This document shows, one piece after another, positions 38,473 to 51,434 of a stretch of 63,323 bases of DNA (position 1 is the first letter of the stretch; each line of letters begins with the position of its first letter). A program made the position numbers and the translations under genes. Origin of the DNA: Gracilinanus agilis (Eukaryota); assembly GCF_016433145.1 (NCBI RefSeq), contig NC_058131.1:31255705-31319027 (forward strand), written 5' to 3'. The notes below the pieces were generated by a model that worked only from the letters and a program-made list of their open reading frames with translations, was not told where the DNA came from and did no database searches.

Positions 38473-40888
38473 ATGCAGTTAACCTATCAATTGGACCTGT
38501 TTCCTGAGTGCACAGTAACTCTTCTCTTGTTTTGTGATGTAAAAAATGCTGGAGATTTAAGAAAAAAGGCCATGGAAGGTAGCATCAATGGAGCATTAAT
38601 TAATGCAACAATGGTAAGTGTGTGGTTTTAGATAGATTAAATCATTGATGTTGTGAGCCCATTTTATAGATATTATAGTATGTATTTGATATTTTCTCTC
38701 TTTTATTAAAGCATCTCCAATATTAGCCTAAAATTCTCCTAACATCAAACACATTTGAAAAAGAACTTGTCCTAGAATCTTGATGGGCAAGGACTTGCCC
38801 CAAAATAAGCCACCACAGATTATGAAAAGAAAGCAGAAAGAAACTTGGAGCCCTAAAATGATATCTCTTTGAAAGAAGAAAAAAAATCTATTTAAAAGTA
38901 TATAAATTTACTATATTAGTATATGTCTGTATTCATTTTAAATATTTCCATTCAAATCAACTTGCTTTATTTTTATCATCCCTTTCGTGTTTTTAACTTT
39001 TGTTGTCATCGTGAAATCACAGTTCAGAGTCAGGTTCTTTGTAACCCAGACTGGGGCGAGAAAAAAGAATGGCCACTATTTGAATCAATATGGTAAAGAG
39101 GGCAGGATACATGGCCAGATTTTACTGGCCTTGAATGTGTGTAGTTGATAGAATTCTGTCATAGGAGGCCTGGTCACTGCTATTAATAATCTGAGTGACC
39201 TTGGAGAAACTTCTTCCCCTGCTGGACTTCAGTTTTTTTATCTATGAAGTGGGAGGCTTGAACTAGGTGTTGTCACAGGTTCTTCTCCTCCCTGCCCCCA
39301 CTCCTTCTAAAATTTAGGGGCCCAGAATTTCTCAGTTCTACCGGGATTTTTTTAACCCTTCCCTTCTGTCCCAGTGATAGCTCTAGATCAGAAGAGCAAT
39401 AAGTGCTAGACAATTGGGGTCAAGCGATTTGCCCACAGTCACGCAGCGAGGAAGTGTCTGAGTTCAGATTTGAACCCAGACCTCTTATCTCCAGACCTGG
39501 TTCTTTATCAAATAAGCCACCCATTCTAAACAAGGGGTGTAGGACCCCTCTGCAACATGCTCTACATCCTTGGCCTGGCCTTTTTCCTCTTCTCCTTCTT
39601 GTAGGTGGTGGATCCATTCCAGTTACTTGTGGCAGCAAACAAAGCCGTCCACCTCCACAAACTTGGGAAAATGAAGACAAGAACTCTGTGCACTGAAATC
39701 ATTTTCAACCTTTCCCCCAACAATAGCGTAAGGACACTTTCCTCACTCACTTCTGCAGGGGCCATCGTGGAGAGTCCTAGGGGGTTCAGTGGGAGTTTGG
39801 ATGTTGAGCTCATTCAGACCTGGGGAAAGGCGATGATTGGGCTTTTCTAAGGCCCTGGCAAATCCTCATCAGGTGGGAGGAGGATCCTCAGCCTTGGTTA
39901 GGCACATCCTAGTGTAATGCAGGATTGGTGCAAGTTCTCTTGCATTTGCAAATTCACCTGAGGCAATCCTGGCTGTTAGGGAAACAGAATGTTGACCCAG
40001 CAAATCTGGTGAGCTCAAGACCAGACCTTTGGAGCTGGCACTATAAATATCCCTGGAGAACCAACCTGAGGGTTCTGATTTCCTTGACCTCACCCAGACA
40101 TCCAGCTACCCCTTGAACTCCCCTTGGGCCCTGGGAGGAGGGACTTTGGTGGGAGGTGGAACATGAGAAATTAGTTTACTTAGTCAGGCAGGGACCCCCG
40201 TAAACCAGATCATCACCCTCATTTTGTTAATCTGATAGACTACTCTATATTGGGGCAGCGGAATTTATCCCTGGCTGAGGGGCTGGTTCCCTCAGCCTGA
40301 CCCTACCTTCTGAGACCCTCTGCCAGCACTGGTCTTCACCCATAGCAACAGCTTTCCCAGACCTCAACCCTCTTCCCTCAGTTTATCCTTATATTTAATA
40401 AACCCCTTTGATCATATTCAGAGAGCTTCAGTGATTCATTTATATCACCAATAAGGCCAGGGACTGAGGAGAAGGAAGATAACTATCACTTGTTTCCTGA
40501 GGGCTAGACAGGCATCCATCTTAGCTCAGGAAGCGAACCAGGTTCCTTTCCTGTTGGCTTCCAGTTTCTTACCAGAAGGGAGGGGCCTACAGACAGTGAG
40601 GCCGACTAGTCCTCTCTATTCAAGGATCTCACATCCCTGGCTGTCCCAAATCTAAATATAGGGAAGCTGTTAGCTCCCTGGCCCAGGAGACTCACGGGTA
40701 CCACCAGCTACCCTATTACCAGCCTGATTAGCGCCTTTATAACACTAAGAGCCTTCATTTGGCATCCAGGCCCCTGAGAAGAAAAATGAAAAGAGACACA
40801 TAAACGCACACAGACACACAGACATGGGGACAGACGCACACAACGGCAGATACACACTCAGAGGGACAGACAGACAGACAGACAGACA

Positions 40889-40925
<37 letters not shown>

Positions 40926-41901
40926 ACATACACAGTGATGGCTGTTGACATCAGAATTGCTGAGATCAAAAATTTCACCCTTTGCCCAGAAACACACTGT
41001 AGACATTTAGAGCAATTGGAGCTAGGCCTTCCTGAGGTGGTGAGTTCACAGTGCCCACGCCACTAGGAGAAAAGTTAAGGCCAAACATTGCTGTGAGTGT
41101 CATTTAAACAAAGAGGCCCTTTTAAATGGGAAAGACTCGTCCCTTACCCTGGGCCTGGTCCCCCTTCCCACTGGCCAGGGTGTCATCTACCCTGACATTG
41201 TCAGAGCTGCTCGTTCTTTCAAGGCTGCTCAAGAGCCTTTTCTCTTTTGTGGCAGATCTCAGAGGCCTTGAAGAAGTTTGGCGTCTCAGACAGTGACACC
41301 TCAGTTTTAATCGTGTATGTTGAAGAAGGAGAAAAGCGAATGAATCCAGAAGACCTCATAGCTCAGGTGGATGGTCACCAGGTCTCCTTTGACAAGCTTC
41401 CAGAAATAACAGATGTGACTAGACTAAAAAAGGTTTGAGGAATCTTTGTTTTCAGATTGAAAGTGAAGGTATGGAAAGAGTTGTTAGTTTGATCATGGGT
41501 CAGGAAGGTTCCCCTCTGGATTCTCTGGACTTGGTGGTGGGAACAGATATTTCCTTCCGGTTTTTCAAGGCAGCTGAACTTTGGGCAGATCCGAGTGGAA
41601 TGCTGGGGAAATCACTTGAGAAATGTTTCTAGATTCCCACGCCTTAGAGGCTCGTTGGCCAATGCCTCCTTTCTCTATTCCTTTATTGTTTGCTCTTGAG
41701 AGAGTTGACAGTTTTCCTTACTAGAAAGTGATGACAATGAGTTTCTCTTGATTCTGTATGTGTAAAATTGAGTTGGTCAAGTCCGATGAGCCTTATGTGA
41801 CTTTATTTTTACAGACATACAAACTGACTCCCCAAGAAGAAAAGATCGGGACGTTACTAGAAAGTATCATTTGCAGAATGTCAACTAAAGATGTTTTGTG
41901 A
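38473..41901 (+). CDS. TPRKB: TP53RK-binding protein (CGI-121, EKC/KEOPS subunit), 175 aa
   Basis: Exons 38473-38613 ([13 protein letters not shown]...), 39605-39727 ([16 protein letters not shown]...), 41256-41432 ([11 protein letters not shown]...) and 41815-41901 (...CRMSTKDVL*) are all phase 0 and AG/GT bounded. They give 47+41+59+28 = 175 aa, the same length as human TPRKB as I recall it. Confidence 0.97.
39950..40447 (+). mobile_element. LTR-like element in TPRKB intron 3
   Basis: TATAAA at about 40041, AATAAA at about 40398, ends ...TATATCA; start uncertain. Confidence 0.4.
40864..40932. repeat. (GACA)n(CA)n compound microsatellite
   Basis: Direct reading. Confidence 0.95.
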
Positions 41902-43387
41902 AGTGAAAAAAAGAAGAAGAAATGTTTTTTGGCATTATTTCAGTGATAATCTTTTTGTAGTTTTATTCTTGGAAGTCATGATGTGTGAATTCTCCAGTAA
42001 AGTCCTCTCCTGACAGTCTCCCTGAAGAGTGAAGGCTCTGCTACTTGAATACCCGCTCTGCCCTTTCCTTCCAGCCTGGCCAGACTAGGTGCAAGGGACG
42101 GTGCCCAGGACTGGCATCACTCTGTCAGGAGATACCCAACCACCCCCAAGACTGAGAGAGACATCCTCACTGGGCAGCCTGTGGGTAATAATAGGAAGAG
42201 GGCTAGCCTTGGAGTTTGGAGACCTGGACTCAAATCCTGCCTGGTTTCAAGGAAAAGAGGCAGCCCCTCACCCAGATTATTTACCTCCTATTATAGGTCA
42301 TGAGAACCAGCATTTATATAGCCCTGAGAGGTTTGCAAAGTGCCTTAGACAGGTTTTTTTCATTTGATCCTCCTGCAGAGAAGTGCTGTTATTATCCCCA
42401 TTTTACATTTGGGGAAACTGAGGCTGAGTAGAGTTCAGTAACCTACCCAGAGTCACACAGCTCTGAAGTGTTTGAGTTAGAATTTGAACTCAGGTCTCCA
42501 AGGCCAGCATTCTTTCTCCCAGTGGAGGGAAAAAAAGTTTCAAAAGAATATAAGGAAAGACAGCTAAGTGGCTTAGTGGATAGAGAGGCAGGCCTGGAAA
42601 CAGTAGGTCTTGGGTTCAAATTTGGTGTCAGACACTTCTGAGCTGTATGATCCCAAGCAAGTCACTTAATCCCCATTGTCAAGTCCTTACTGCTTTTCTT
42701 CCTTGGAATCAATATACATTATTGATTCTAAGACAGAAGGTAAGGATTTTTTAAAAGATTGAGAGACAGACTATAAGGAGATTGTCATCATCTTCACGGA
42801 ATTTTTTGTTTTCAGTCAGACGCCTGGGGACAAACCAGCCAGGGTCTGGCCAGAAACGCAGGCCCCGGGGACTGACAGAAGCTCCTACAGTGTAAGAAGT
42901 TGCATACAAGGACTCGTCTGTTATTATTCTAGCTGTTTTCTGTGTCCTCTTTTCTTTAGGGAAGAGACCTCGTCTAACCAGCCTGTTCTTGCTGCCATGC
43001 ACAAGCCACCTAACATTTGAAATCCTCAGTTTCTCTTTTGTAAAGTGGGGATCTTAGTTCTGTCTGCCTCTCAGGGTTATTGGGAGAAAAAGGGCATTTG
43101 CAAATGTTATAGCCCTTTGGAAATGGGAGTTTCCATCATCACCTTCATTATAAGGGACTTGACACATTTGTATTGTGCAGGATGGGTGGCCACGGATGGT
43201 CACGGGGACCTCACAAGTTGATGAGAAGATGACAGGCCCATTTGAGTATTTCAGATATTTGAATATTTGTCATCTTAGGGAGAATCAACAACTGATGAGC
43301 CCAGGACTTGTCTTAATCATTAATCCTTCAGACAAGAGAGGAAGTCCATCAGACCAGTTACTTAGGTCCAGTTAAAAAAGAGCCCAG

Positions 43388-43595
43388 GGGACAGGTAGGT
43401 GGCTCAGGGATTAGAGAGCCAGACCTGGAGATGGGAGGCCTTGGGTTCAAATCTGGCCTCAGACACTTCCTTGCAGTGTGACCCTGGGCAAGCCATTTAA
43501 CCCCAATTGCCTAGTCCTTACTGCTTTTTTTTTTTTTCCCCTGTCTTTGAACAAATACACAATTTTGATTCTAAGACAGGAAGTAAGGGTTAAAA
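43388..43595 (+). mobile_element. Opossum-type SINE
   Basis: ggggacaggtaggtggctcaggg...gtaagggttaaaaaac. Confidence 0.8.
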
Positions 43596-44641
43596 AACAA
43601 ACAAACCCCAAGGATAGCTCTGCCTCTCTGCCTTGTCTCTGAGCTCCAGATGACAGATCATGGAGGCCCCTACCTTGAGGAGGAGTTACTAAAGCATCCA
43701 GAAGTTGGAATTCCTCTAGAGTGAAGGAGAGATGAACCCTACTTGATAATGGCATCTCAAATGGAAAAGAGAATAAATCCAAGAGCAACCCCTTTCATCT
43801 CAGGTCATAAGTGACCAAGCTGGGATTTGAACTCAGGTCCTCAGGTTCTCTTCTGAAATAGCACAGCAGGATCCTATGTGTTTTTTTCTCTCAAGTCTCT
43901 CAGATCTTGAATCCAACTCACATTTAGCTGCCATAGGGCTATCCTGAAACCCTTCCCTCCTCACAAAACTCCTGGGGCTCCTTATTATCTCTAGGATCAA
44001 TCCTGAATTCCTCTGTTTGGCCTTCAGAGCTCTTCAAAGTTGAAGTCAAACCTACTGCTCCATGAATTTCTCATCATGCACTTTTCAGTCAAGCCAGACT
44101 AGCTTTCTTGTTGCTCCTCCTATAAGATCCCATCTCCACACCTTTGCACAGATGGTGCCCCAAGCTGGGAATGCACTCACTCCCATCCCGTCTCCTTCCA
44201 TTTTTTTCTCTACATGCTTTAAAAAAAACCTGTGCAGACCTAACTGTCTCTTTAGGTGACTCCCATTTTTTCTCCTCATTAGGATAATTTTTGCTCGAGC
44301 CTTCAGAATTTCCTACCCTTTGTGGGCCAGTTTCCCTCTTAAAACATTAGGTTGTTGGATCCCTCCTGGCTGGTTTTTATCTGAATCCTTTGAAATGTGA
44401 CCTCCCAGCATCTAGGATGAGTGGCAGAAAATGTCCTTTCTTCGTTCCTGCTCTTTCTACTTCAGTAACCAACTCTTACTTCTTCCATCAGAATTAGGTT
44501 CACATGAAGCTGAGCTCTTCTTCTCTGGCTGCTACCCAGGTAGCCATTGGTAGCCCAGAATTTTGGTTATAGAGAGTCCTTTTTCGGAGGACATTTTGCA
44601 ACTAAAAAACAACCATTCAAGGCTAAGGATGAGTCAAAACC

Positions 44642-44647
44642 TTTATT
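44642..44647 (-). terminator. Probable poly(A) signal of NAT8-like copy 1
   Basis: tttatt on + (AATAAA on -), about 60 nt after the stop. Confidence 0.55.
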
Positions 44648-44706
44648 GCCAGTAACTCTGGAAACTACCAATCAACAGCCACAAAGTCGGCGGGGGCCGG
44701 GGGCTT

Positions 44707-45378
44707 TCAGGAAGAGAGGGGCAAGGCGTATTTGTAATGAGTTAAAGAAATGGTTATGATGGACCATTTGACAGATTTCAGTGTTTCATGGGATTTCCAG
44801 AAGCCAAGACTCTCATACAATCTTCTTGCTGGGAAATTCAGGCTAGAAGTGACCAGGACAATGCCATTGTACCCCTGGTCCTGGGCAAAATGGATCACAG
44901 ACTGAGTCAAGGTCTTGGCAATACCCTGGCCCCGGTGGTCCTGTCTCACAGATAAGTGTAACAGTTCCAGATGTTTCTGTACCCCTGAAGCCTTTTGGGC
45001 TGGGCAGGCACACACCAAGCCCACCACCTGACCCCTTGCCTCTGCCACCCAAAAACAGGACCCCCTGTCATTGAGGTAGGATGCCCTGATGTCCCACATG
45101 TCAGTGCGCAAAGTGTCATGTACATAATAGGAGAAGGGATACCTAGCAACCAGCCACAGCACAGCCAAGAGGCCTGGGATGGCCAGGAGAGACAGGAGGA
45201 GGGAGCCAGAGCCAAGGAGCAGGGCCCCCGGGCCCCCCAACAGGAGCAGGAAGCTTATTGGCTGCTTCAGCAAATTCCAGAAGTTGGGAACCACTTGCTG
45301 CAGCATCCCCTCTGCAAAAATGGCCCTCACCGAGCACCAGTCTTGGTCCTGGTATCTCCGGATTTCATAGGGAGCCAT
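44707..45378 (-). CDS. NAT8: NAT8/Camello-family GNAT N-acetyltransferase, copy 1 (223 aa)
   Basis: Starts MAPYEIRRYQ; hydrophobic segment at about aa 43-78; GSCFWVAE; motif A HRGQGIAK; FAQDQGY; LYESLGF. A splice acceptor just upstream (ctgcag, exon from 45407) indicates that the upstream extension in the ORF track is intronic. The symbol marks the family; 1:1 orthology is not established. Confidence 0.92.
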   Translation of the reverse strand: MAPYEIRRYQDQDWCSVRAIFAEGMLQQVVPNFWNLLKQPISFLLLLGGPGALLLGSGSLLLSLLAIPGLLAVLWLVARYPFSYYVHDTLRTDMWDIRASYLNDRGSCFWVAEARGQVVGLVCACPAQKASGVQKHLELLHLSVRQDHRGQGIAKTLTQSVIHFAQDQGYNGIVLVTSSLNFPARRLYESLGFWKSHETLKSVKWSIITISLTHYKYALPLSS

Positions 45379-48300
45379 GAAAGCTGCTGCTTCTAGTCCT
45401 TGGAGTCCTGCAGATGAAATCCAAGTGAGTCTATTCCCCACCCCCATCCCCAATGCCTGCCTTAATCACTCATTTTCCTCCCAAAGCCCAGCTCCTGACT
45501 CAGAACCCCAAAGAGGCCCCTGCCAGATGGGGGGTAAAAGAGCTCAAATTCAGCCCTCCACCTGCTCCAAATACTCCTCATGCCCTCTAGAGACATGCCG
45601 TGAAGGGATGTTTAAGGGGCTGACACAGCTGGAGACAGAAAAAATACCATGGCTCTCTCGACCCATCCAGGGCTGACTTTTCTAGGAAGAGTGGAAGGAC
45701 TGCTTGCTCTGGAAGGACCCAGGCTCTGAGGCAGAGGATTTCCCCCAAGAAAATGCCCCTTTCCCTCTCCCCTCACCTGCTCTCCAGATCGCTTCTCATC
45801 TCTTGTGGAAGCTTCCAGTCTGCCCCAGTGTACTGCAAACTCTGAACTGTCCTCCTCCCTGGCCACTCCCCAAGGTCTCCTTGGGAACTCCCCTAAGAGC
45901 CTGTCACAGGACAATAACCTTCCTTATGCTGGGATTGTCTGAGGGCAGCAGGGTGCTGCCTCTTACTCTCTGTGGGACTATCTGCCCTACTTTCTCCTCA
46001 TTAAAGGCTTGGAGGGGGAAGGAGGGAACTTCCTTCATAGCTTGTCTTTTCCAAAAAAACAAACAAACTATGCTGAGATACTTAAATATAGATTTATATC
46101 TACATTTTACAAAATTGCAACCAAGAAAAAGTCCATTATTTCAATTATAAATTCTTTTAAATGTTTAAATTAATATTATAAATGACCACGAATCTCTATT
46201 TTTCTTTTATTCTTAGTAGCAACATGAGATAGTAGGTAGAATTCTGTTTGGAATCGGGGGATCCTGGATTCAAATCCTACCTTCGACACTTACTTGCTGC
46301 TATATGACTGTTCACAAATCATTTATGCTTTAAAGGCATCTCGGAGCAGAACAGCTAGTCTGAGGGAAATCCCAAGGTCAGCTCTTACCCCAACTTCTCT
46401 TTCTAATATCTGCTGTAGCGCAGAGAGAGGGGGTCATGACAGTTTTTCAAGCTTTGGCTGAGTTCTGAAATCAGTTAGGAGTTTAGAATCTTGAAGGAGA
46501 GAAGTCAGTTGGTTTGGGGATTTCGTGGAGAGAGTCAGACCAGCTGAGCTGCTTCCTTCAAGATTCTAAACTCCTAACTGATTTCAGAACTCAGCCAAAG
46601 CTTGAAAAAACTGTCATGACCCCCTCTCTCTGCACTACACTGCCCACCTACAGATACGTTAATATAATTTTTTTGTTTTGTTACACAAATACTTCCAGTA
46701 AGCCAAACTTTACCTCAACCGCAAAGAAACTAGGAGTTACCTAAAGATAGATATAACTGCAGACATAGGCAGAAAGTCCAACCTCTGCCTAGATATTAAA
46801 AAATTTTCCTAAGTGGGGGCTTAGAGTGATTAAAATTGAACTTGACTTCTTACCTAAAATAAACTCCCTAAAACTGAACAGAGGGAACTACTGGGGCCTT
46901 ATAGGCCCTTGCCTCATTCCTTAGGCTTAAAATGAATCATTCTAAAAGGACATTACAAATAGGTAGTGCAGTGAAATCAAGAAGACTCATCTTCCTGAGT
47001 TCGAATTTGACTCCAGACACTTACTAGCTGGTTGATCCTAGGCAAGTCTTAACCTCCATCACTTAGCCCTTGCCGCTCTGTGTTAGAACTGATACTAAGA
47101 CAGGGTAAAGGTTTAAAAAAGACAACAAAGTGTCTAAGGCTGGTCTGTATGTTCCTGTACTGATAAAATAAAAGATTCACAGCAAAAACCTTAAAATTAA
47201 AAGAGAGAAAGAAAGAAAGTAAAGAAAGAGAAATGCTGACTACAAAGGATGAGAAGCCTTATGTAAAGACACGATGGTGACAAAGTGTTATGACGTTATA
47301 ATAACCGAGCTTGGCCCCAAAGGAGAGAGAAGTGAGGGCCATCTTCTTACTGCCTATAAGGCCAGACGGTTTTTACATGATGTCTTTCTTCTTCCTTAGA
47401 ATATGGGCTCCTTGAGATGTGATTTTGTCCTTTTGGGTGTATCCTTACTATTTAGCACAGTTTGTGGCATACAGTAAGCACTTAAGTGCTTATTTACATG
47501 GTTTTGCTAATTTCCTTTTTTTTGTTATAAAGGTTAATTCTTTGGGCAGGGAAAGGAGAAAGGATACAGAAGGAATGTAGGTGATAGAAAAACCAAAAGA
47601 TCAATAAAAATGTATTTTTAAAAGAGGCAAAGAAGAACCAGAGCAGCAGAGAATGAGGCCTGAGAGATAGAGATCCAGATGGGAGACCTTGAGATCCAGC
47701 CTCATTCCCTGGAGAGGACCCTTCTCTATCTCTGAGTCCTTTCCGGGGAACACTGTGACCCCAAGAGAGGAGGAAGCCACACGCCTCCAAGGATAACAAT
47801 CCAGAAGAGCTATGGAAGAGTAACAAAGTGTTCTTCCCAAAGACCAAATTCCTGACCTTAAGGGGAAGAGTTTCAAGACCAAATAAGAACCAGAGCCAAG
47901 TGTTACAAAGGGACATAGTGATAGGGAGGAGGAATAAACACACCTATTGGCCTTGGATCATAGTGGGAACCATGTGGAACATGTAAGGTGAGGGGGAGGG
48001 AGTTCACTTTCCAGCGTCCATGAGGGATTTCTTTCCCCTTGCAAAGAGTCAACCCTAAGGCATCATATAAGGCAGGAGGCCTGGATAGGCCCCAGAGGGA
48101 TTCAGGGCCCTTTAAGGGAGAAGTACAACTCTGTGACTGAAGTGTTATCTTCAAAGGAGAGAACTTTGCCCCTAGAGAAGTGTCCTCTCAGGGTTCCAGA
48201 CTGGAAGGATCTCTGTTGACAGTAAGGCTCACCCTAGTGAAGAGTTGCTTGTCTAACAAAGCCTAGTTCCAGGAGAAGCTCAAATTGAGCGTGGTATGCT

Positions 48301-48579
48301 AAATCTGGAAAGCTGTTCAGGTCCCTGGGGAAAGCAGAGACCCGCTGGAGAGAGGACAGAAGTTTGATTTGTTCGTGGGCTCAGGTGTGAGTCTTTTCTG
48401 TTTTCTATTTTCTCAGTGGGGTAAATAAAGGTTCTTCTATATTGTTCGCAGGAATACTCATATGGAAGTTAATGGAGAGTGTATTAGAAAATGTTTAATG
48501 ACTGGCTTTCTGGGAGAAAAAAATACCTTTTTAGTTCAATCTGCATTACATTTTCTCCATCACTTTCTTAGGTCTAGAT

Positions 48580-48773
48580 CAGTGATTCCCAAAGTGGACG
48601 CCATCGCCCCCTGGTGGGTGCTGCAGCGATCCAGGAGAGCAGTGATGGCCACACTTTTTTTGTATTACATTCTATTCTGAGTTCAATAAATAATTTCATA
48701 ATTTCCAGGGGGCGCTAAGTAATATTTTTTTCTGGAAAGGGGGCGGTAGGCCAAAAAAGTTGGGGAGCCACTG
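48580..48773. mobile_element. Non-autonomous hAT MITE, same family as 30479-30669
   Basis: CAGTGATTCCCAAAG ... TTGGGGAGCCACTG; the first 80 bp or so closely match the 30479 copy; NTCTAGAN flanks. Confidence 0.88.
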
Positions 48774-49199
48774 ATCTAGACAATCAACAGAGCAATAATC
48801 AAGTCCTGATTTGTAGTTTTGCTGGTTTCTGAGGTATAAGTACTCACCCTGAAAATTTAACAATCAGCTCCTAGGAGGTGGCTTCAGCACACCCCTGAAG
48901 CTAAGGTGGTTTTTATTTTCTTTTATTACTTTTTCTGCAGAAACCTGAGAAAACTTGAGAAAAAGGTGGGAGTTCCCAGAGGAAAGTAGGGGCTTGAGCT
49001 AAGGAGAGTTATTTGTGAAACCTTCCACCACCTTCCTCCCAACACATTTGTGCATACAAACACACACAGACTGACCCTCTTCCTCCCACTCCCCACCTCC
49101 ACATTTAGCCTCCTCATGGAACCTTTGATTTGGGGCCACAGGCCATTGCATGCTGACTCTTCTAGGTTTACTTTCTCCATGCAAAGTATTCAAGCTATT

Positions 49200-49660
49200 C
49201 AAAATAATGTACTATATATAGGATATGAGGGAGATGGTTTATCAGGCCAGGCTCTCAGGAGGAAGTAGCGCTTAAGCTAGACTTTGAAGGAAGGATGGAA
49301 ATTCAAAAGGAGAATTAAAAATGAGGAGCATTATGGGAAAAGGTGTGCAGATGAGAAAATGCTGGGCCCATGGGGGCTACGGAATATCGTCCACTTAGGG
49401 AGCAGAAAGTATGTGAAGTGCGTAAAAGGAAATGATGCTGAAGAGAAAGGGGCCAGAATGTGAAGGGCCTCAAATGTCAGGGAAAGGAGTTGGACATTCA
49501 CCGAGTATGCAATAAGGAGACACTGACAGTATCGGGCTGGAGTCAAGTCAACAAGCACTCATTAGGTATTTACTATGTGCCAGGCGCTGGGCTAAAACTG
49601 AGCATACAAATGTAATAAAAAGCTGTTCTCTGCCCTCACAGAGCTCATATTCTAAGGGGG
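49200..49660 (-). mobile_element. L2 fragments
   Basis: cttaagctagactttgaagga..., and the tail caacaagcactcattaggtatttactatgtgccaggcgc. Confidence 0.55.
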
Positions 49661-49851
49661 AAAGACAATATTTACAAAGAAACTGAAAAGCAAGAGGTAA
49701 AGGAGAAGATACCCTTAGCAGGGCAATATTCAGAGAATCGGGAACTTACCAATGGAAGGAGGGGGCCTCAGGGGTAGGGGGGAAAAGGGAATTGTTTTTA
49801 CAGAGGAAGAGGAATAAAATAAGAAAAAAAAAGCCATATTAAAGACTAATA

Positions 49852-50230
49852 GGGGGCAGCTGGGTAGCTCAGTGGATTGAGAGTCAGGCCTAGAGACGGG
49901 AGGTCCTGGGTTCAAATTTGGCCTCAGACACTTCCCAGCTGGGTGACCCTGGGCAAGTCACTTGACCCCCATTGCCCACCCTTACCACTCTTCCACCTTA
50001 GGAGCCAATACACAGAAGTTAAGGGTTTAAAAAAAAAAAAAAAGACTAATAGGGGCAGGTAGGTAGTTCAGTGATAAAGAGAGCTAGGCTTAGAGATGAG
50101 AAGTCCCTGAGTTCAAATGTGACCTAAAATACATCCTAGCTGTAGGACCATGGGCAAGTCACTTAACCCCAATTTCCTTTATCACTCACTATTGATTCTA
50201 AGTCAGAAGGTAAAGGTTTAAAAAAAAAAA
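49852..50230 (+). mobile_element. Two tandem SINEs (young 49852-50040, older 50052-50227)
   Basis: AAAGACTAAT occurs three times, at 49841, 50041 and 50228. Confidence 0.9.
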
Positions 50231-51434
50231 GACTAATGGAGGAAAATATAAACCTAATTCTTATAACTTTAAATGTGAATGAATTAAATAATCCAGTAAA
50301 ATGAAAGAGGAACAGATTGGATAAGAAAACAAAACAAAAAATGCATCTAAAAAGCATATACATAAAAAAAATTTTAAAGGAATGAAAATGAGAGACTGGA
50401 ACAAAATTTGCTATGTATTAGGTGAATTCAGAAAAGTAGGAATTGAAATTATGCTATTAGGTAAAACAAAAACAATTCACAATATAAAAAGAGATAAACA
50501 AGGAAGCTACATTATTCTGAAAGGAACTATAGACTATAAGCCCATATCAACATTAGATTGATATGGTCTAAATATCTTGCCATCTAACCTTTGCAAACAG
50601 AAAATTAACTGGCTTATGGAAGACAAAGTAACATAATAGTAACAAGAGTTTAATATTTTTAATGATCAAAATTCTCAGGAGGCTGTAGTTCTTAATTTTA
50701 AAATAATTTATTAATTGACAGCTCAAGAGGTCCTAAGCTGGTCAGTTAACTCCCTCCACAATTCAAATGGGTAACCAATATATCAAAAGAGGCCAAACCC
50801 CTCTCACATAACTCTTTATGTATCCCTTGTGACCTCACCACTCAGTCCCTCCCCTGGACATCCCAAGGCATTTCTGATTGGTAAATAGCACTGAGGAGCT
50901 GGACTTAGAGAGCCCAACACTTCCCTCCTTACTTCATCACAAGAGAAGAGTGTCTTTGCTTTAATACATAAGATTCTAACACATTCAGTGGAGTCCAACA
51001 AGACTGTTAGTGTGCTGACTTCCTCTAATCTCCAGGGTAGGACAGGGAATAATCTATCCTTAATCCTTTTATCCTTTTAAGATCTAAACAAAAAGAAGGG
51101 AGGACTCAACCCAGGTTCATAGCCTGGGGGAAAAACTGTTTCAGCCTGAATTTATAATCAGACTGTTCTTGGAGGGGTGAAGGGGTGGTTAAGGGAAAAT
51201 TACTTCACAAAAATATTCCAATTCAATATTAATTTTCCACATGTTCCTCTCTCAATTCTGGACAAATCCAAAAAAAGATAATAAATGGAAAATGTAAAAT
51301 TGAACAAATTGGAGAAATTAGAACTAAAGGAGTTATACTATCTTCTAAATCTAAATGAAACTAGATTATATGCTTAGCAAGGACCAAGGGGCTTGTGCTT
51401 TCAAATGCCTTGGGGAGGATGGATTCTTTTTTTT

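Noticed and set aside
45379-45453. 25-aa N-terminal extension of NAT8-like copy 1 in the ORF track
   Set aside because: It crosses a splice acceptor (45408-45409); the family start is MAPY at 45378, giving the same length as copy 2.
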